A stretch of 33,809 bases of DNA from NCBI GenBank assembly GCA_944390505.1, contig CALXQF010000001.1, positions 1 through 33,809 on the forward strand. Reading direction: 5' to 3'. The notes under the pieces are model-generated. The model did not search any database, had not been told where the DNA came from, and saw only the letters and a list, made by a program, of their open reading frames with translations. Each line of letters starts with the position of its first letter. The stretch's first letter is position 1. This document shows, one piece after another, positions 10,023 to 19,085 of this stretch. Position numbers and translations under genes: made by a program. Source of the stretch: an uncultured Clostridia bacterium. GTDB lineage: Bacteria > Bacillota > Clostridia > TANB77 > CAG-508.

Positions 10023-11027
10023 TCACTTTCCATTTAATTTTTTACTAATATACTTCATAACTGAAATGACTTTGGAATAATCCATTCTTTTTGGTCCTAT
10101 AATTCCTATAGTACCTAAGTCTTTATTTTGATAGCGGTGTTTAAAAGTAATAATACTAAAATCTTTTAATTGTTGATTATCATTTTCATCACCTATATAG
10201 ACATTAATATCTTTTGCAAATCCAGTATTTAATAGATCTAGTACTATTTCTTTAGTATCCAATAAATTAATAAAATTTTTTGCTACTTCTAAACTTCTAA
10301 ATTCCGGTAATTCAAATGCCTTATTGGCACCTTCTAAATAAATTTCAGATTCCTCATTAATCACTTTATCTAGCTGTTCCATAACAGGTTTAATCACTTT
10401 TAAACTATAGTTCATTTCTGAAAAGATATACTCTTCTAATGGTTTATCAATGGATTCTAACGGTTTTCCTCTTAATTTATTATTAAAAATAAAATTTAAA
10501 GTGTTCACTTGCTCTTCTGTAATATCTTCATCAAACTTGATAATTGTTTCCTTAATAATTCCAGTATCTGTTAAAATAACTGCCATTAACATTCTGGTTC
10601 CTAAAAGAACAAATTTTACCTCTTCTATATTTTGTAAATTATTTCTTGGCCCCACTGCTACCGAAGTATAATGTGTAATTTCTGATAGAGTATTAGTTGC
10701 AATTTTAGTTAATTCTTCAATTTCATTTACTCTTGTTTCTAGTTTAGATTGAATATATTTAATCTCCTCTAGGCTAATATCATCTTCTTTTAATAGTTCA
10801 TCTACATAAAAGCGGTACCCCTGTGCTGATGGAATTCTACCACTAGAAGTATGTGGTTTATCCAGATATCCACTTTTCTCTAGCTCTACCATTTCATTTC
10901 TGATAGTTGCACTACTGCAATCTAAACCATATTTTTGAACAATTGCTCCTGAACTGACCGGTTCTGCTGTGTTAATATATTCGTCTACAATTGCTTGTAA
11001 AATTCTCTTTTTTCTTTCATCTAACAC
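10023..11027 (-). CDS. hrcA: Heat-inducible transcription repressor HrcA
   Basis: ILQAIVDEYINTAEPVSSGAIV is a winged-helix N-terminus typical of HrcA. GTG start with an AAGGTG RBS. CIRCE lies immediately upstream, in the conserved hrcA-grpE-dnaK-dnaJ order. Confidence 0.92.
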   Translation of the reverse strand: MLDERKKRILQAIVDEYINTAEPVSSGAIVQKYGLDCSSATIRNEMVELEKSGYLDKPHTSSGRIPSAQGYRFYVDELLKEDDISLEEIKYIQSKLETRVNEIEELTKIATNTLSEITHYTSVAVGPRNNLQNIEEVKFVLLGTRMLMAVILTDTGIIKETIIKFDEDITEEQVNTLNFIFNNKLRGKPLESIDKPLEEYIFSEMNYSLKVIKPVMEQLDKVINEESEIYLEGANKAFELPEFRSLEVAKNFINLLDTKEIVLDLLNTGFAKDINVYIGDENDNQQLKDFSIITFKHRYQNKDLGTIGIIGPKRMDYSKVISVMKYISKKLNGK

Positions 11028-11044
11028 ATTATTTCACCTTCTTT

Positions 11045-11071
11045 TTAGCACTCTTGTTTTTCAACTGCTAA
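11045..11071. promoter_or_regulatory. CIRCE operator (HrcA binding site)
   Basis: TTAGCACTC-N9-AACTGCTAA against the consensus TTAGCACTC-N9-GAGTGCTAA. The left half is perfect and the right half matches 7 of 9. It lies between the -10 element and the hrcA start. Confidence 0.75.
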
Positions 11072-11080
11072 ACTTTATAT

Positions 11081-11109
11081 ATATTATATCCATTTTTAGC
11101 AATTGTCAA
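11081..11109 (-). promoter_or_regulatory. Sigma-A type promoter of the hrcA operon
   Basis: On the minus strand, TTGACA (rc of 11104-11109) is followed by TAATAT at 17 nt spacing or TATAAT at 15 nt (rc of 11081-11088). Confidence 0.5.
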
Positions 11110-11122
11110 TATTTATTGCTAA
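11096..11122. promoter_or_regulatory. Second, degenerate CIRCE-like inverted repeat overlapping the -35 region
   Basis: TTAGCAATT-N9-TATTGCTAA has the same TTAGCA...TGCTAA frame and N9 spacing as CIRCE. The TTGACA -35 lies in its loop. Confidence 0.4.
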
Positions 11123-11145
11123 AAAGTTCTGTGAATTTTCTGTGA

Positions 11146-12318
11146 CTATACAAATTCTTCCCATACCAAATTTGCAAAATCGAGTCCTTTGTTAGTTAAT
11201 TTGATATAATCTCCGTCTATTTCTAGTAATTCTTCATTTACTAATTTTTCTAATTGTGTATGATAAAGAAAAATAGGATTATCAATAAATTGATTTTTAA
11301 ACTCCTGAATACTGACTCCTTCTAATTTTCTTAATCCTAGCAACATATATTCTTTTTTCTTACTTTCTTTATTTTGCTTCTCATGAAAAATCAAATTATC
11401 TTCTATTTTATCTTTTTCATAGTTTGCAATATATTCTTCTACCTTTGTAATGTTAGAATATCTTACATTATTGGTATAAGAATGGGCTGATACTCCAAAT
11501 CCTACATATTCTTTTTGGTTCCAACAATCAAGATTATGTTTTGATTCATAGTTAGGCTTTGCAAAATTAGAAATTTCATAGTGAACATATCCATTATTTT
11601 CTAATAATTCCTTTGCTCGCCAATACATCTTCCTTTCCAAATCTTCTTCTGGCAATACTAATGTTCCATCTTGTATTTGTTTTTCTAAACTTGTTCCCGC
11701 TTCTACAATTAAAGAATAGATAGAAATATGCTCTGGCTCTAAAGATATAATTTCTTCTAAAGAATCTTCTAACTCCCCTAATGTTTGGTTTGGTAGTCCT
11801 AACATTAAATCTACATTAATATTTTGAAACCCTACTTCTCTTGCCCAATGATAAGTATCTAAAAAATCATAATAAGTATGAACTCTTCCTAATGTTTGTA
11901 ATAAATGGGGATGTGTAGACTGTAATCCAATGCTCAATCGATTAATTCCTGATTGAAAATAGTCTTCTAGTTTTTGTAAATTGACAGTCCCTGGATTCAC
12001 TTCTATTGTAACTTCCGCATTTTCTACTACTTGATAATTTTCAAAGATAGTGGTCATTATTTGTTTTATATAACTACTTTTAATAAATGAAGGAGTTCCT
12101 CCCCCTATGTAAATCGTTTTGACTAAAAATAAATCGTCTAAATGGTTTTGATAGTCTAACTGATTTCCTTCTCCTACTTCTTTCATTTCTTGCAATAAGC
12201 ACTTTATGTACCTTGGTATCAGTTCTTCTTTATTTTCATATGAGCAAAAATCACAATAAGAGCATTTTTGTATGCAAAATGGAATATGTACATAGATTCC
12301 TATTTCTTTTTGTTTCAA
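11146..12318 (-). CDS. hemW: Radical SAM heme chaperone HemW (HemN-like oxygen-independent coproporphyrinogen oxidase family)
   Basis: Contains YVHIPFCIQKCSYCDF (a CxxxCxxC radical SAM motif) and a HemN C-terminal domain. The TTG start at 12318 has an AAAGGAAG RBS. The track start, GTG 12342, has none. Confidence 0.85.
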   Translation of the reverse strand: MKQKEIGIYVHIPFCIQKCSYCDFCSYENKEELIPRYIKCLLQEMKEVGEGNQLDYQNHLDDLFLVKTIYIGGGTPSFIKSSYIKQIMTTIFENYQVVENAEVTIEVNPGTVNLQKLEDYFQSGINRLSIGLQSTHPHLLQTLGRVHTYYDFLDTYHWAREVGFQNINVDLMLGLPNQTLGELEDSLEEIISLEPEHISIYSLIVEAGTSLEKQIQDGTLVLPEEDLERKMYWRAKELLENNGYVHYEISNFAKPNYESKHNLDCWNQKEYVGFGVSAHSYTNNVRYSNITKVEEYIANYEKDKIEDNLIFHEKQNKESKKKEYMLLGLRKLEGVSIQEFKNQFIDNPIFLYHTQLEKLVNEELLEIDGDYIKLTNKGLDFANLVWEEFV

Positions 12319-12425
12319 TTGTTTTCTTCCTTTCTCTAACACTATTTTGTTATATAAATTAATTCTTTATAACTTCGTTCTTTCTTTTTTTATAATTCTC
12401 TATTATTCTTATTACAATATAAATT

Positions 12426-13313
12426 TCATTTATTTTTTAATTGTTCTGCTTTTTCTTGAAGTGCTTGTAATCTATGATTTACTCCAGACTTTCCTATTGG
12501 AGAAGATAACATTTGTCCTAGTTCCGTTAAAGAAGCTTCTGGGTTTTCTATTCTTAACCTTGCAATTTCTTGTAAAGGCTTTGATAATTTATCAAGTATA
12601 TTATTTTTCATTAAAAATTGAATGTCTTCTATTTGTTTCATTGCCGCATTTACTGTTTTATTTAAATTTGCTGTCTCACAGTTTACTTTTCTATTTACAT
12701 TGTTTCGTACATCTCTATAAACTCTAATCTCTTCAAATCTTAATACAGAACTGTTAGCATTAATAAATGCTAAGAATTTAGAAATTTCATCACCATCTTT
12801 TGTATATAGTACAAAATCATTTTTCCTTTGTAAAGTTTTAAAATAAATTCCATATGATTCTAAAATATCACTAGCAATTTTTTTATTTTCTTCTAGTGAA
12901 AAAAGAAGTTGTAAGTGATAATTTAATGTTGGGTTATTCATAGAGCCTCCACCTAGGAAAGCACCTCTAATAAATGCTTTTTCTAGTAACTCTTTACCTT
13001 TTATTTCATCTTTTATGGTAATATATATTTTATTTTCTTGATAACTAATCTCTGCTAATTCTATTTTTTTGCATATGATACAATATTTTTTTCCTATCAT
13101 GTTAATGTTATAATCTGTGTATCCTAAATTGCTAATTAATTTTCCAAAACGATTAATATTATATTCATTTTCTGTTGTAAACCTTATTTCATTTTTTTCT
13201 ACCACAATATGATTACTAGCAAGATAGCCTAGTAATTCATATTTTACCACTTCTTTGTTGGACAAATTTGCCAAACGATTCATTTCTTCTTTTACTTCAC
13301 TGGAAAATGACAT
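12426..13313 (-). CDS. whiA: DNA-binding protein WhiA
   Basis: The N-terminus MSFSSEVKEE resembles the WhiA N-terminus as I recall it. Degenerate LAGLIDADG-type domains are followed by a C-terminal HTH (LTELGQMLSSPIGKSGVNHRL). Confidence 0.9.
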   Translation of the reverse strand: MSFSSEVKEEMNRLANLSNKEVVKYELLGYLASNHIVVEKNEIRFTTENEYNINRFGKLISNLGYTDYNINMIGKKYCIICKKIELAEISYQENKIYITIKDEIKGKELLEKAFIRGAFLGGGSMNNPTLNYHLQLLFSLEENKKIASDILESYGIYFKTLQRKNDFVLYTKDGDEISKFLAFINANSSVLRFEEIRVYRDVRNNVNRKVNCETANLNKTVNAAMKQIEDIQFLMKNNILDKLSKPLQEIARLRIENPEASLTELGQMLSSPIGKSGVNHRLQALQEKAEQLKNK

Positions 13314-13476
13314 ACTCTTCACTCTTTCTTTTATCATTCTCTATGATAATATCTTTTTTCATTATTTATTATGTTATGGTTGTTCTATACTATTGCCTAT
13401 GTAAATGATTTCATTTTCTTGAATATTGAGGCCCTGTCATTATTTCTTTATTTTTTTGAGAATTAGGATTTTATCA

Positions 13477-14424
13477 TTATTGCTTTATTTTCTTAAAAAT
13501 TATAACTCTGTCATTATTTGCAAAATCTTTGATTGGCTCTTTTGTAATCAGTTCTAAAACAGTATTTTTTTCTTTCCATAAGTCGATTACTTTTTTTCCT
13601 TGATCATAACCAATTTCTAATAATAAATATCCTTCTGGCTTTAAAAATTGAAAAGCATTTTTTAATATTTCTTTATAAAAAAATAGCCCATCATTTCCGC
13701 CATCTAAAGCAATTCGTGGCTCGGATTTTACTTCATTCGATAATTTTTCTATCACACTTGTTTCAATATATGGTGGATTAGACACAATACAATCAAATTT
13801 TATTTTTGGTATTTCCTCCCATAAATTAGATAGTAATAGTGTTACTTTTTCTTCTACTCCATTTTGCATGGCATTTTTTTTGGCAATATTAAGAGCCTGT
13901 GTACTAATATCTGTCATAGTTACATTGACATTTTTTACATATTTTGCAATAGAAATTCCAATTGCTCCGCTTCCTGTACACAAATCTAAAATTTTTAAGT
14001 CATTTTGTGTTCTGTTTTGTTGTTCATATTGTTGTTGCTTATTCTGCTGTTTACTTCTATGATCGCCTAGTTGATTAGTCTGTTTTTTATTCTTTTCCTT
14101 TAATCTTTGTATAGTTGCTTCTACTAATATTTCTGTATCTGGTTGTGGAATGAGCACATTTTCATCCACATAAAATTCTATCCCCATAAATTCTTGTAAA
14201 TGTGTAATATATTGTATTGGAGTTCCTTCCATTATTTTTTGGATTGACTGTAAAAAAAATTCCTTTTGTAATGTATCCACTTCTTTTAGGCTATTTTCAA
14301 TACATTGCATTCTATTTTGATGAAATACAAATTCTAGTAATCTTTTTGCCTTTAGATTTGCATCTATTATCATATTTTCATCTAATTTTTTTCTTCCTAA
14401 TAAATAAAGCTCGTACTGGTTCAT
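13477..14424 (-). CDS. prmC: Release factor glutamine N5-methyltransferase PrmC (HemK), with a Q/N-rich insertion
   Basis: Contains the SAM-binding motif ILDLCTGSGAIG and the catalytic NPPY. A roughly 35-aa low-complexity segment precedes the methyltransferase domain. Confidence 0.88.
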   Translation of the reverse strand: MNQYELYLLGRKKLDENMIIDANLKAKRLLEFVFHQNRMQCIENSLKEVDTLQKEFFLQSIQKIMEGTPIQYITHLQEFMGIEFYVDENVLIPQPDTEILVEATIQRLKEKNKKQTNQLGDHRSKQQNKQQQYEQQNRTQNDLKILDLCTGSGAIGISIAKYVKNVNVTMTDISTQALNIAKKNAMQNGVEEKVTLLLSNLWEEIPKIKFDCIVSNPPYIETSVIEKLSNEVKSEPRIALDGGNDGLFFYKEILKNAFQFLKPEGYLLLEIGYDQGKKVIDLWKEKNTVLELITKEPIKDFANNDRVIIFKKIKQ

Positions 14425-14561
14425 TTTTCTTCTTTCTTTTTTTGAGCTCAGTATATCATGTTTTGCTTAGAAAAACAAGACTTTATAAAATCATGACTTT
14501 TTGTCAATCATTAATCCTTTATTCTGTCAGAAAATCAAAGTCTTATTTTCAATATATAACA

Positions 14562-14591
14562 ATAAAAAAGGAAGTATTTTAGTACTTCCTT
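14562..14591 (-). terminator. Rho-independent terminator downstream of the 14660-15742 gene
   Basis: AAGGAAGTA-ttttag-TACTTCCTT at 14568-14591, with a T-run on the minus strand (rc of 14562-14567). Confidence 0.6.
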
Positions 14592-14659
14592 TTCATTTAT
14601 GTCATATTTAATTATTCGTTCAAATTATAGTTTTCAAACTTGTATTGTTTATATTCTTA

Positions 14660-15742
14660 CTACATACTAGTCACATATTCATTTAATGGTTTTACCCTAT
14701 AATTTAATTCTCCAAACTTGTCTGTTGTAATATAACCTGCCTCACTATTGATAACGTCTGGTATACGATTTACCACACTAGCACAAGTTAATTCTACTGT
14801 ACTTGGTCTTGAAACTACAATTGTCGTATCTGGTTCTCCATAAATTGTCCATTCATTTTTATCAAAGTCCTCTTTAGAATATACTTTTCCTATACATTGT
14901 GTTTCTAAAGTAACTCCTTCTTTGGTTGTTGTCGTTACTACCGCATTCATTCCAGTAGCGTCGCCTGCTTTTACTGTCATGCCTAATGTAGTAGAGTAAA
15001 TATCCTCTTTATAAATTTGTGGTACTGTTTTTTGTGTTTGGCTTTCCACCGTTAACCCTAATTTATCACATAACCAACCATTTACATTCCACATATAAGA
15101 AGGTAAATACTTCCCACTTTCAATTACTTTTTGTCTTTCTTCATTTGAAATTCTATCTACCGATGCTACTTGCTCATCAAATTCTTGTAAAGTTAAACCT
15201 GCACCATGTGCTCTTGCCAAAGCAATTCCATAGTCTTCTACGTTATAACTAGAGCTTCCTTGAATTTTGGTAATTTTATGAGTAGAACCTGCAATGGAGC
15301 TAATGAGTTGTCCCCAATAGATATCTTGATAACCACTTCCTGTAATAGTACATCCTGTTTGTTTTGCCATATCATCTAATTCTTTGGTTATTGTTGGATT
15401 AGAATTTGCAGGATAAAAAGCTTCCTCACAAGTAGTAATTGCATTAATTCCTAATCTTGCACAAAGCATTAAAGCATCTCTTACATCCGCAATTAAGCTC
15501 ATTGTTGTTACAATAGCAATATCTGGTTTTACTTGTTTTAACATCTCTTCTGCGTTTTCTAATGCTGTTACAGTTACTCCTTTGTTTTCTGTTTTCATTA
15601 CTTGTCCTATATCTTTTCCTATTACATCAGGGTTAACATCTATTGCCCCTACAATTTCTCCACCTTTTTCTTCTACATACCTCATAGTATATACTGCCAT
15701 TTTTCCTGTACCAAATTGCACTACTCGCACTTTTCTATTCAT
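14660..15742 (-). CDS. NAD(P)-dependent oxidoreductase with a DapB-like N-terminal domain. Amine dehydrogenase family, 2,4-diaminopentanoate dehydrogenase-like
   Basis: 360 aa with a strong AAGGAGG RBS. The N-terminal Rossmann motif VVQFGTGKMA and the overall size and layout resemble the Ord/native amine dehydrogenase family. The substrate is not inferable from the sequence. Confidence 0.55.
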   Translation of the reverse strand: MNRKVRVVQFGTGKMAVYTMRYVEEKGGEIVGAIDVNPDVIGKDIGQVMKTENKGVTVTALENAEEMLKQVKPDIAIVTTMSLIADVRDALMLCARLGINAITTCEEAFYPANSNPTITKELDDMAKQTGCTITGSGYQDIYWGQLISSIAGSTHKITKIQGSSSYNVEDYGIALARAHGAGLTLQEFDEQVASVDRISNEERQKVIESGKYLPSYMWNVNGWLCDKLGLTVESQTQKTVPQIYKEDIYSTTLGMTVKAGDATGMNAVVTTTTKEGVTLETQCIGKVYSKEDFDKNEWTIYGEPDTTIVVSRPSTVELTCASVVNRIPDVINSEAGYITTDKFGELNYRVKPLNEYVTSM

Positions 15743-15854
15743 TTTAAATTCCTCCTTTTCCTATTTTCATAGGCATTAAATTTAATCTTTCGATTTCTAG
15801 ATAGATTATATACCATTTTTTATTTTCTATACAAGTGTTTTTTATTTTTTGTTT

Positions 15855-15947
15855 TGTCAGTTTTGGGACGTTCCTTTTACTGACATTTTGTCAGTAAATA
15901 GGAACGTCCCCAGACTGACAAAATGTCAGTCTGGGGACACATCTTAA
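15855..15947. repeat. Nested-palindrome intergenic repeat, copy 2
   Basis: GGGACGTTCC (15865-15874) and GGAACGTCCC (15901-15910) flank CTGACATTTTGTCAG. This is followed by a perfect 13-bp-stem hairpin, CCCCAGACTGACA-aaa-TGTCAGTCTGGGG (15908-15936), and then GGGGACACATCTTAA. Confidence 0.8.
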
Positions 15948-15982
15948 TGTTAAAACAGTTGATATCACTGTTTTTTTATAAT

Positions 15983-16657
15983 CTACTGAAAAATAGAACA
16001 AAGCGCATTCCAAATTCCTAAAAGGACGCTACCAATAACATCTACAACTGTCTTAATAATTGTATTTGATTCATAAAAGCTAATAATCCAATTACGAGTT
16101 GGTGGAATGATCCATATAATTGCGCAAATGATGGCAATCACTAATATTGTAATTAGTAAATCTTTATAGTTTTTCCATGTCCACTTATATTTAATTTTAT
16201 ACCCCAAGCTTCTTAAATAATCTTCATATGCTTTTTGATATTTTCTTTCATATTCTGCTTGCATATTTTTTTGCATTTCTTGCTGCGCTTTTTGATATTG
16301 CTTTTGCATTTTAGCATATTCTTCTTGTGTTATATTTGGTTGTTGAGTATCATAATGAGGTTGTCCATAAGGTGACTGTGCATTTGTTCTATTAGCATTT
16401 TCATTTTTTCTTTGTTCTTCTTGCCTTTTTGCTTCTCTTTCTTCTGCTAATTTTCTATCATATTCACTTCGTTTTGTTTCATCTTCTAATGTTTCATAGG
16501 CTTCATTAATGATTTTCATCTGATGTTCTGCTTCTTGTTTTTTTTCTGCTGGTTGTAAATCAGGATGATATCTTTTTGCTAATGTTTTATATGCTTTTTC
16601 TATCATTTCTTTTGAAGCTGTTTCACTTACCTCTAATATCTCATATAGTGTTTTCAT
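15983..16657 (-). CDS. Membrane-anchored J-domain protein (DnaJ-like co-chaperone)
   Basis: [10 protein letters not shown]...YHPD forms a J domain with HPD. A charged coiled-coil linker is followed by two C-terminal TM helices. ATG 16657 has a GGGGGAAAGA RBS. Confidence 0.8.
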   Translation of the reverse strand: MKTLYEILEVSETASKEMIEKAYKTLAKRYHPDLQPAEKKQEAEHQMKIINEAYETLEDETKRSEYDRKLAEEREAKRQEEQRKNENANRTNAQSPYGQPHYDTQQPNITQEEYAKMQKQYQKAQQEMQKNMQAEYERKYQKAYEDYLRSLGYKIKYKWTWKNYKDLLITILVIAIICAIIWIIPPTRNWIISFYESNTIIKTVVDVIGSVLLGIWNALCSIFQ

Positions 16658-16825
16658 TCTTTCCCCCATTATATATTTTCTCTCCTCTTACTATAAAAGA
16701 ACAAACTCTCTATTATTTCTCTATACCTTCCTCCTTTAGTATAACATTTTTTGTTGTTCATTCCTAGTAGTTTTTTAGGAAAACTAAAAAATATCTCATT
16801 TTACATAGTATTTTATAATTGTTTA

Positions 16826-16834
16826 TGATATAAT
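16826..16834 (+). promoter_or_regulatory. Extended -10 element (TGATATAAT) for the 16876 gene
   Basis: TGnTATAAT lies 42 nt upstream of the GTG start. No clear -35. Confidence 0.35.
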
Positions 16835-16875
16835 ACGAAAAGTTATGAAAAATATGGTAACAGGAGTTGGAGACA

Positions 16876-17406
16876 GTGAAATTAACACAAGATGGTGAAG
16901 TTTTAGCAGAAAATAAAGTTTTAATTTTATACATTTTAAATAAATTAGAAGAACCTATTACGAATGATGGTTTGTTAAGATTAGTATTATCTGTAATGGA
17001 CATGAATTATTTCTACTTTCAGCAATTTTTATTAGATTTAATAGAAAGACGTTATATTATTTGTTTTGAACAAGATAGGAAAAATGTATATCAAATTACA
17101 CCTGAAGGAAAAAACACATTGGAACTGACCTTGAACATTTTACCTGGTATTATGAAATTAAAAGTAGATACTTCTTTTGAGGGTCAGTTAAAACAAACAG
17201 AAGAAAAAGAATCTATTACAGCAGAATATACTCCTAGAAATGAAAATGATTATATGGTTACTTGTAAAATTAATGAAAATAATAATTGTATCTTTGAAGT
17301 AAGTGTTTTTGCTGGTTCTCGTGAAGAAGCAAAAAAAATAGTAGATAATTGGAAAGAAAATGCCTACCGCATCTATCCAGAAATTTTGAATTCTTTAAAT
17401 AGTTAA
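16876..17406 (+). CDS. DUF4364-like putative winged-helix (PadR-like) regulator
   Basis: AENKVLILYILNKLEEPITNDGLLRLVL...FQQFLLDLIERRYI has a winged-helix pattern. I prefer the GTG start at 16876 because AGGAG lies 9 nt upstream. The track TTG at 16867 abuts the RBS. Confidence 0.55.
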   Translation: MKLTQDGEVLAENKVLILYILNKLEEPITNDGLLRLVLSVMDMNYFYFQQFLLDLIERRYIICFEQDRKNVYQITPEGKNTLELTLNILPGIMKLKVDTSFEGQLKQTEEKESITAEYTPRNENDYMVTCKINENNNCIFEVSVFAGSREEAKKIVDNWKENAYRIYPEILNSLNS

Positions 17407-17449
17407 ATTTTTGTATTATTGGCTTTTCTTCATTGAATTTTTAATAAAA

Positions 17450-17495
17450 TCCTATACAAAATAGAGTTGTTCTATTTTATATAGGACTTTTTATT
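17450..17495. terminator. Bidirectional terminator between the convergent genes 16876-17406 and proS
   Basis: TCCTATACAAAATAGA-gttgt-TCTATTTTATATAGGA (one mismatch), with T-runs flanking on both strands. Confidence 0.7.
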
Positions 17496-17615
17496 TTTGT
17501 TTATTATCACTTTTTTGTTTTTATTTCACTACTTATTTTTTGTTGTTCTCACTTTATTATTGAAGTATTTTACTCCAATTCTTCTTTTTATTGTTGATTA
17601 CTTAATATTTTAATT

Positions 17616-19058
17616 TTAGTATTGTCTTCCCCAAATTACCATATGTTTTGCTTTTTTCCCGCAGCATACACAAGTATCAGAAATCTGTTCTTGCTCAAAT
17701 GGAATACATCTTGACTTTGCTCCTGTAAATTCTCTGATTTTGTCTTCACAAGATTCTTCTCCACACCACATTGCTTTGATAAAACCTTGGTTTTCTGTAA
17801 TATTTTTTGTAAATTCGTCCATATTAGTTGCTATTGTTGTTTTTACTTCCATTCTTTTTTTGCAATCTTCAAACATATTGAGTTGAATTGCTTCTAGCAA
17901 TATTCCTAATTCATGTGATAATTGGTCTAATTGTACTTCTTGTTTTTCTAAAGTATCTCTTCTCACTAAAATACATTCTCCATTTTCTATATCTCTTGGT
18001 CCTATTTCAACACGAACTGGAACTCCCCTCATTTCCCAATCATTTAACTTATATCCTGTTGAATAATTATCTCTCAAATCTAATTTTACTCTGTATCCTG
18101 CTTCTAGTAATTCTTGGTAAATTTCTGTTGCTTTCTGCGTTACGCCTTCTTTATGTGCTGCAATTGGAACAATGACTACTTGAATTGGAGCTACTTTTGG
18201 TGGTAACTTAAGTCCTCTATTATCTCCATGTGCCATAATAACACCACCAATTAATCTAGTACTAATTCCCCAAGAAGTTTGATAAGCATATTCTTCTTTT
18301 CCTTCTCTATTTTGAAATTTAATTTCAAATGGCTTAGTAAATTTTTGGCCAAAATAATGGCTTGTTCCAGATTGTAAAGCTCTTCCATCATGCATTAAAG
18401 TTTCTACTGTATAAGTATTTTCTGCTCCCGCAAATCTTTCGCTTGCTGTTTTCTCTCCTTTTACTACTGGAATAGCAAGTAAATCTTCTATTACTTGTTG
18501 ATAAATATTAAGCATTTGAATAGTTCTTTCTCTTGCTTCTTTTTCTGTTTCATGAATTGTGTGACCTTCTTGCCATAAAAACTCTCTAGAACGTAAAAAT
18601 GGTCTTGTTTCTTTTTCCCAGCGAAGTACATTACACCATTGATTATACACCATTGGCAAGTCTCTCCAGGAACTTAACCATTTAGAATAAAGGTTAGAAA
18701 ACATCGTTTCAGATGTTGGACGAATACACAATCTTTCTTCTAACTCTTCTCCTCCACCTTCTGTGACCCATGCCACCTCTGGAGCGAATCCTTCTACATG
18801 GTCTTTTTCTTTTTGTAATAGACTTTCTGGAATTAAAACTGGTAGATATACATTTTCTACTCCTGCTTTTTTAAATAAATTATCTGTATATTTTTGAATA
18901 TTTTCCCAAATAGCATATCCATATGGTTTAATAGCAATACAACCTTTTGTATCTGTATAATCTGCTAAATCTGCTTTTTTTACAATATCTGTATACCACT
19001 TAGCAAAATCATCTTCTATATTGGTAATTTCTTTTACAAATTCTTTTTCTTTTCCCAT
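17616..19058 (-). CDS. proS: Proline-tRNA ligase (archaeal/eukaryote-like ProRS without the editing-domain insertion)
   Basis: About 480 aa with class II motifs, the RPTSET signature and a C-terminal Zn-binding-type domain ending in WGRQY. ATG 19058 has better RBS spacing than ATG 19064. Confidence 0.92.
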   Translation of the reverse strand: MGKEKEFVKEITNIEDDFAKWYTDIVKKADLADYTDTKGCIAIKPYGYAIWENIQKYTDNLFKKAGVENVYLPVLIPESLLQKEKDHVEGFAPEVAWVTEGGGEELEERLCIRPTSETMFSNLYSKWLSSWRDLPMVYNQWCNVLRWEKETRPFLRSREFLWQEGHTIHETEKEARERTIQMLNIYQQVIEDLLAIPVVKGEKTASERFAGAENTYTVETLMHDGRALQSGTSHYFGQKFTKPFEIKFQNREGKEEYAYQTSWGISTRLIGGVIMAHGDNRGLKLPPKVAPIQVVIVPIAAHKEGVTQKATEIYQELLEAGYRVKLDLRDNYSTGYKLNDWEMRGVPVRVEIGPRDIENGECILVRRDTLEKQEVQLDQLSHELGILLEAIQLNMFEDCKKRMEVKTTIATNMDEFTKNITENQGFIKAMWCGEESCEDKIREFTGAKSRCIPFEQEQISDTCVCCGKKAKHMVIWGRQY

Positions 19059-19085
19059 TTTCATTTCCTTTCTAACTTTATCACT

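Noticed and set aside
12347-12727. Plus-strand 126-aa ORF spanning the hemW-whiA spacer and the whiA 3' end.
   Set aside because: It is hydrophobic low-complexity sequence with no RBS, and it overlaps the well-supported whiA gene on the other strand.
19065-19085. Expected T-box leader upstream of proS.
   Set aside because: Only about 21-27 nt separate the scpB stop from the proS start, which leaves no room for a T-box. proS appears to be co-transcribed with scpB.
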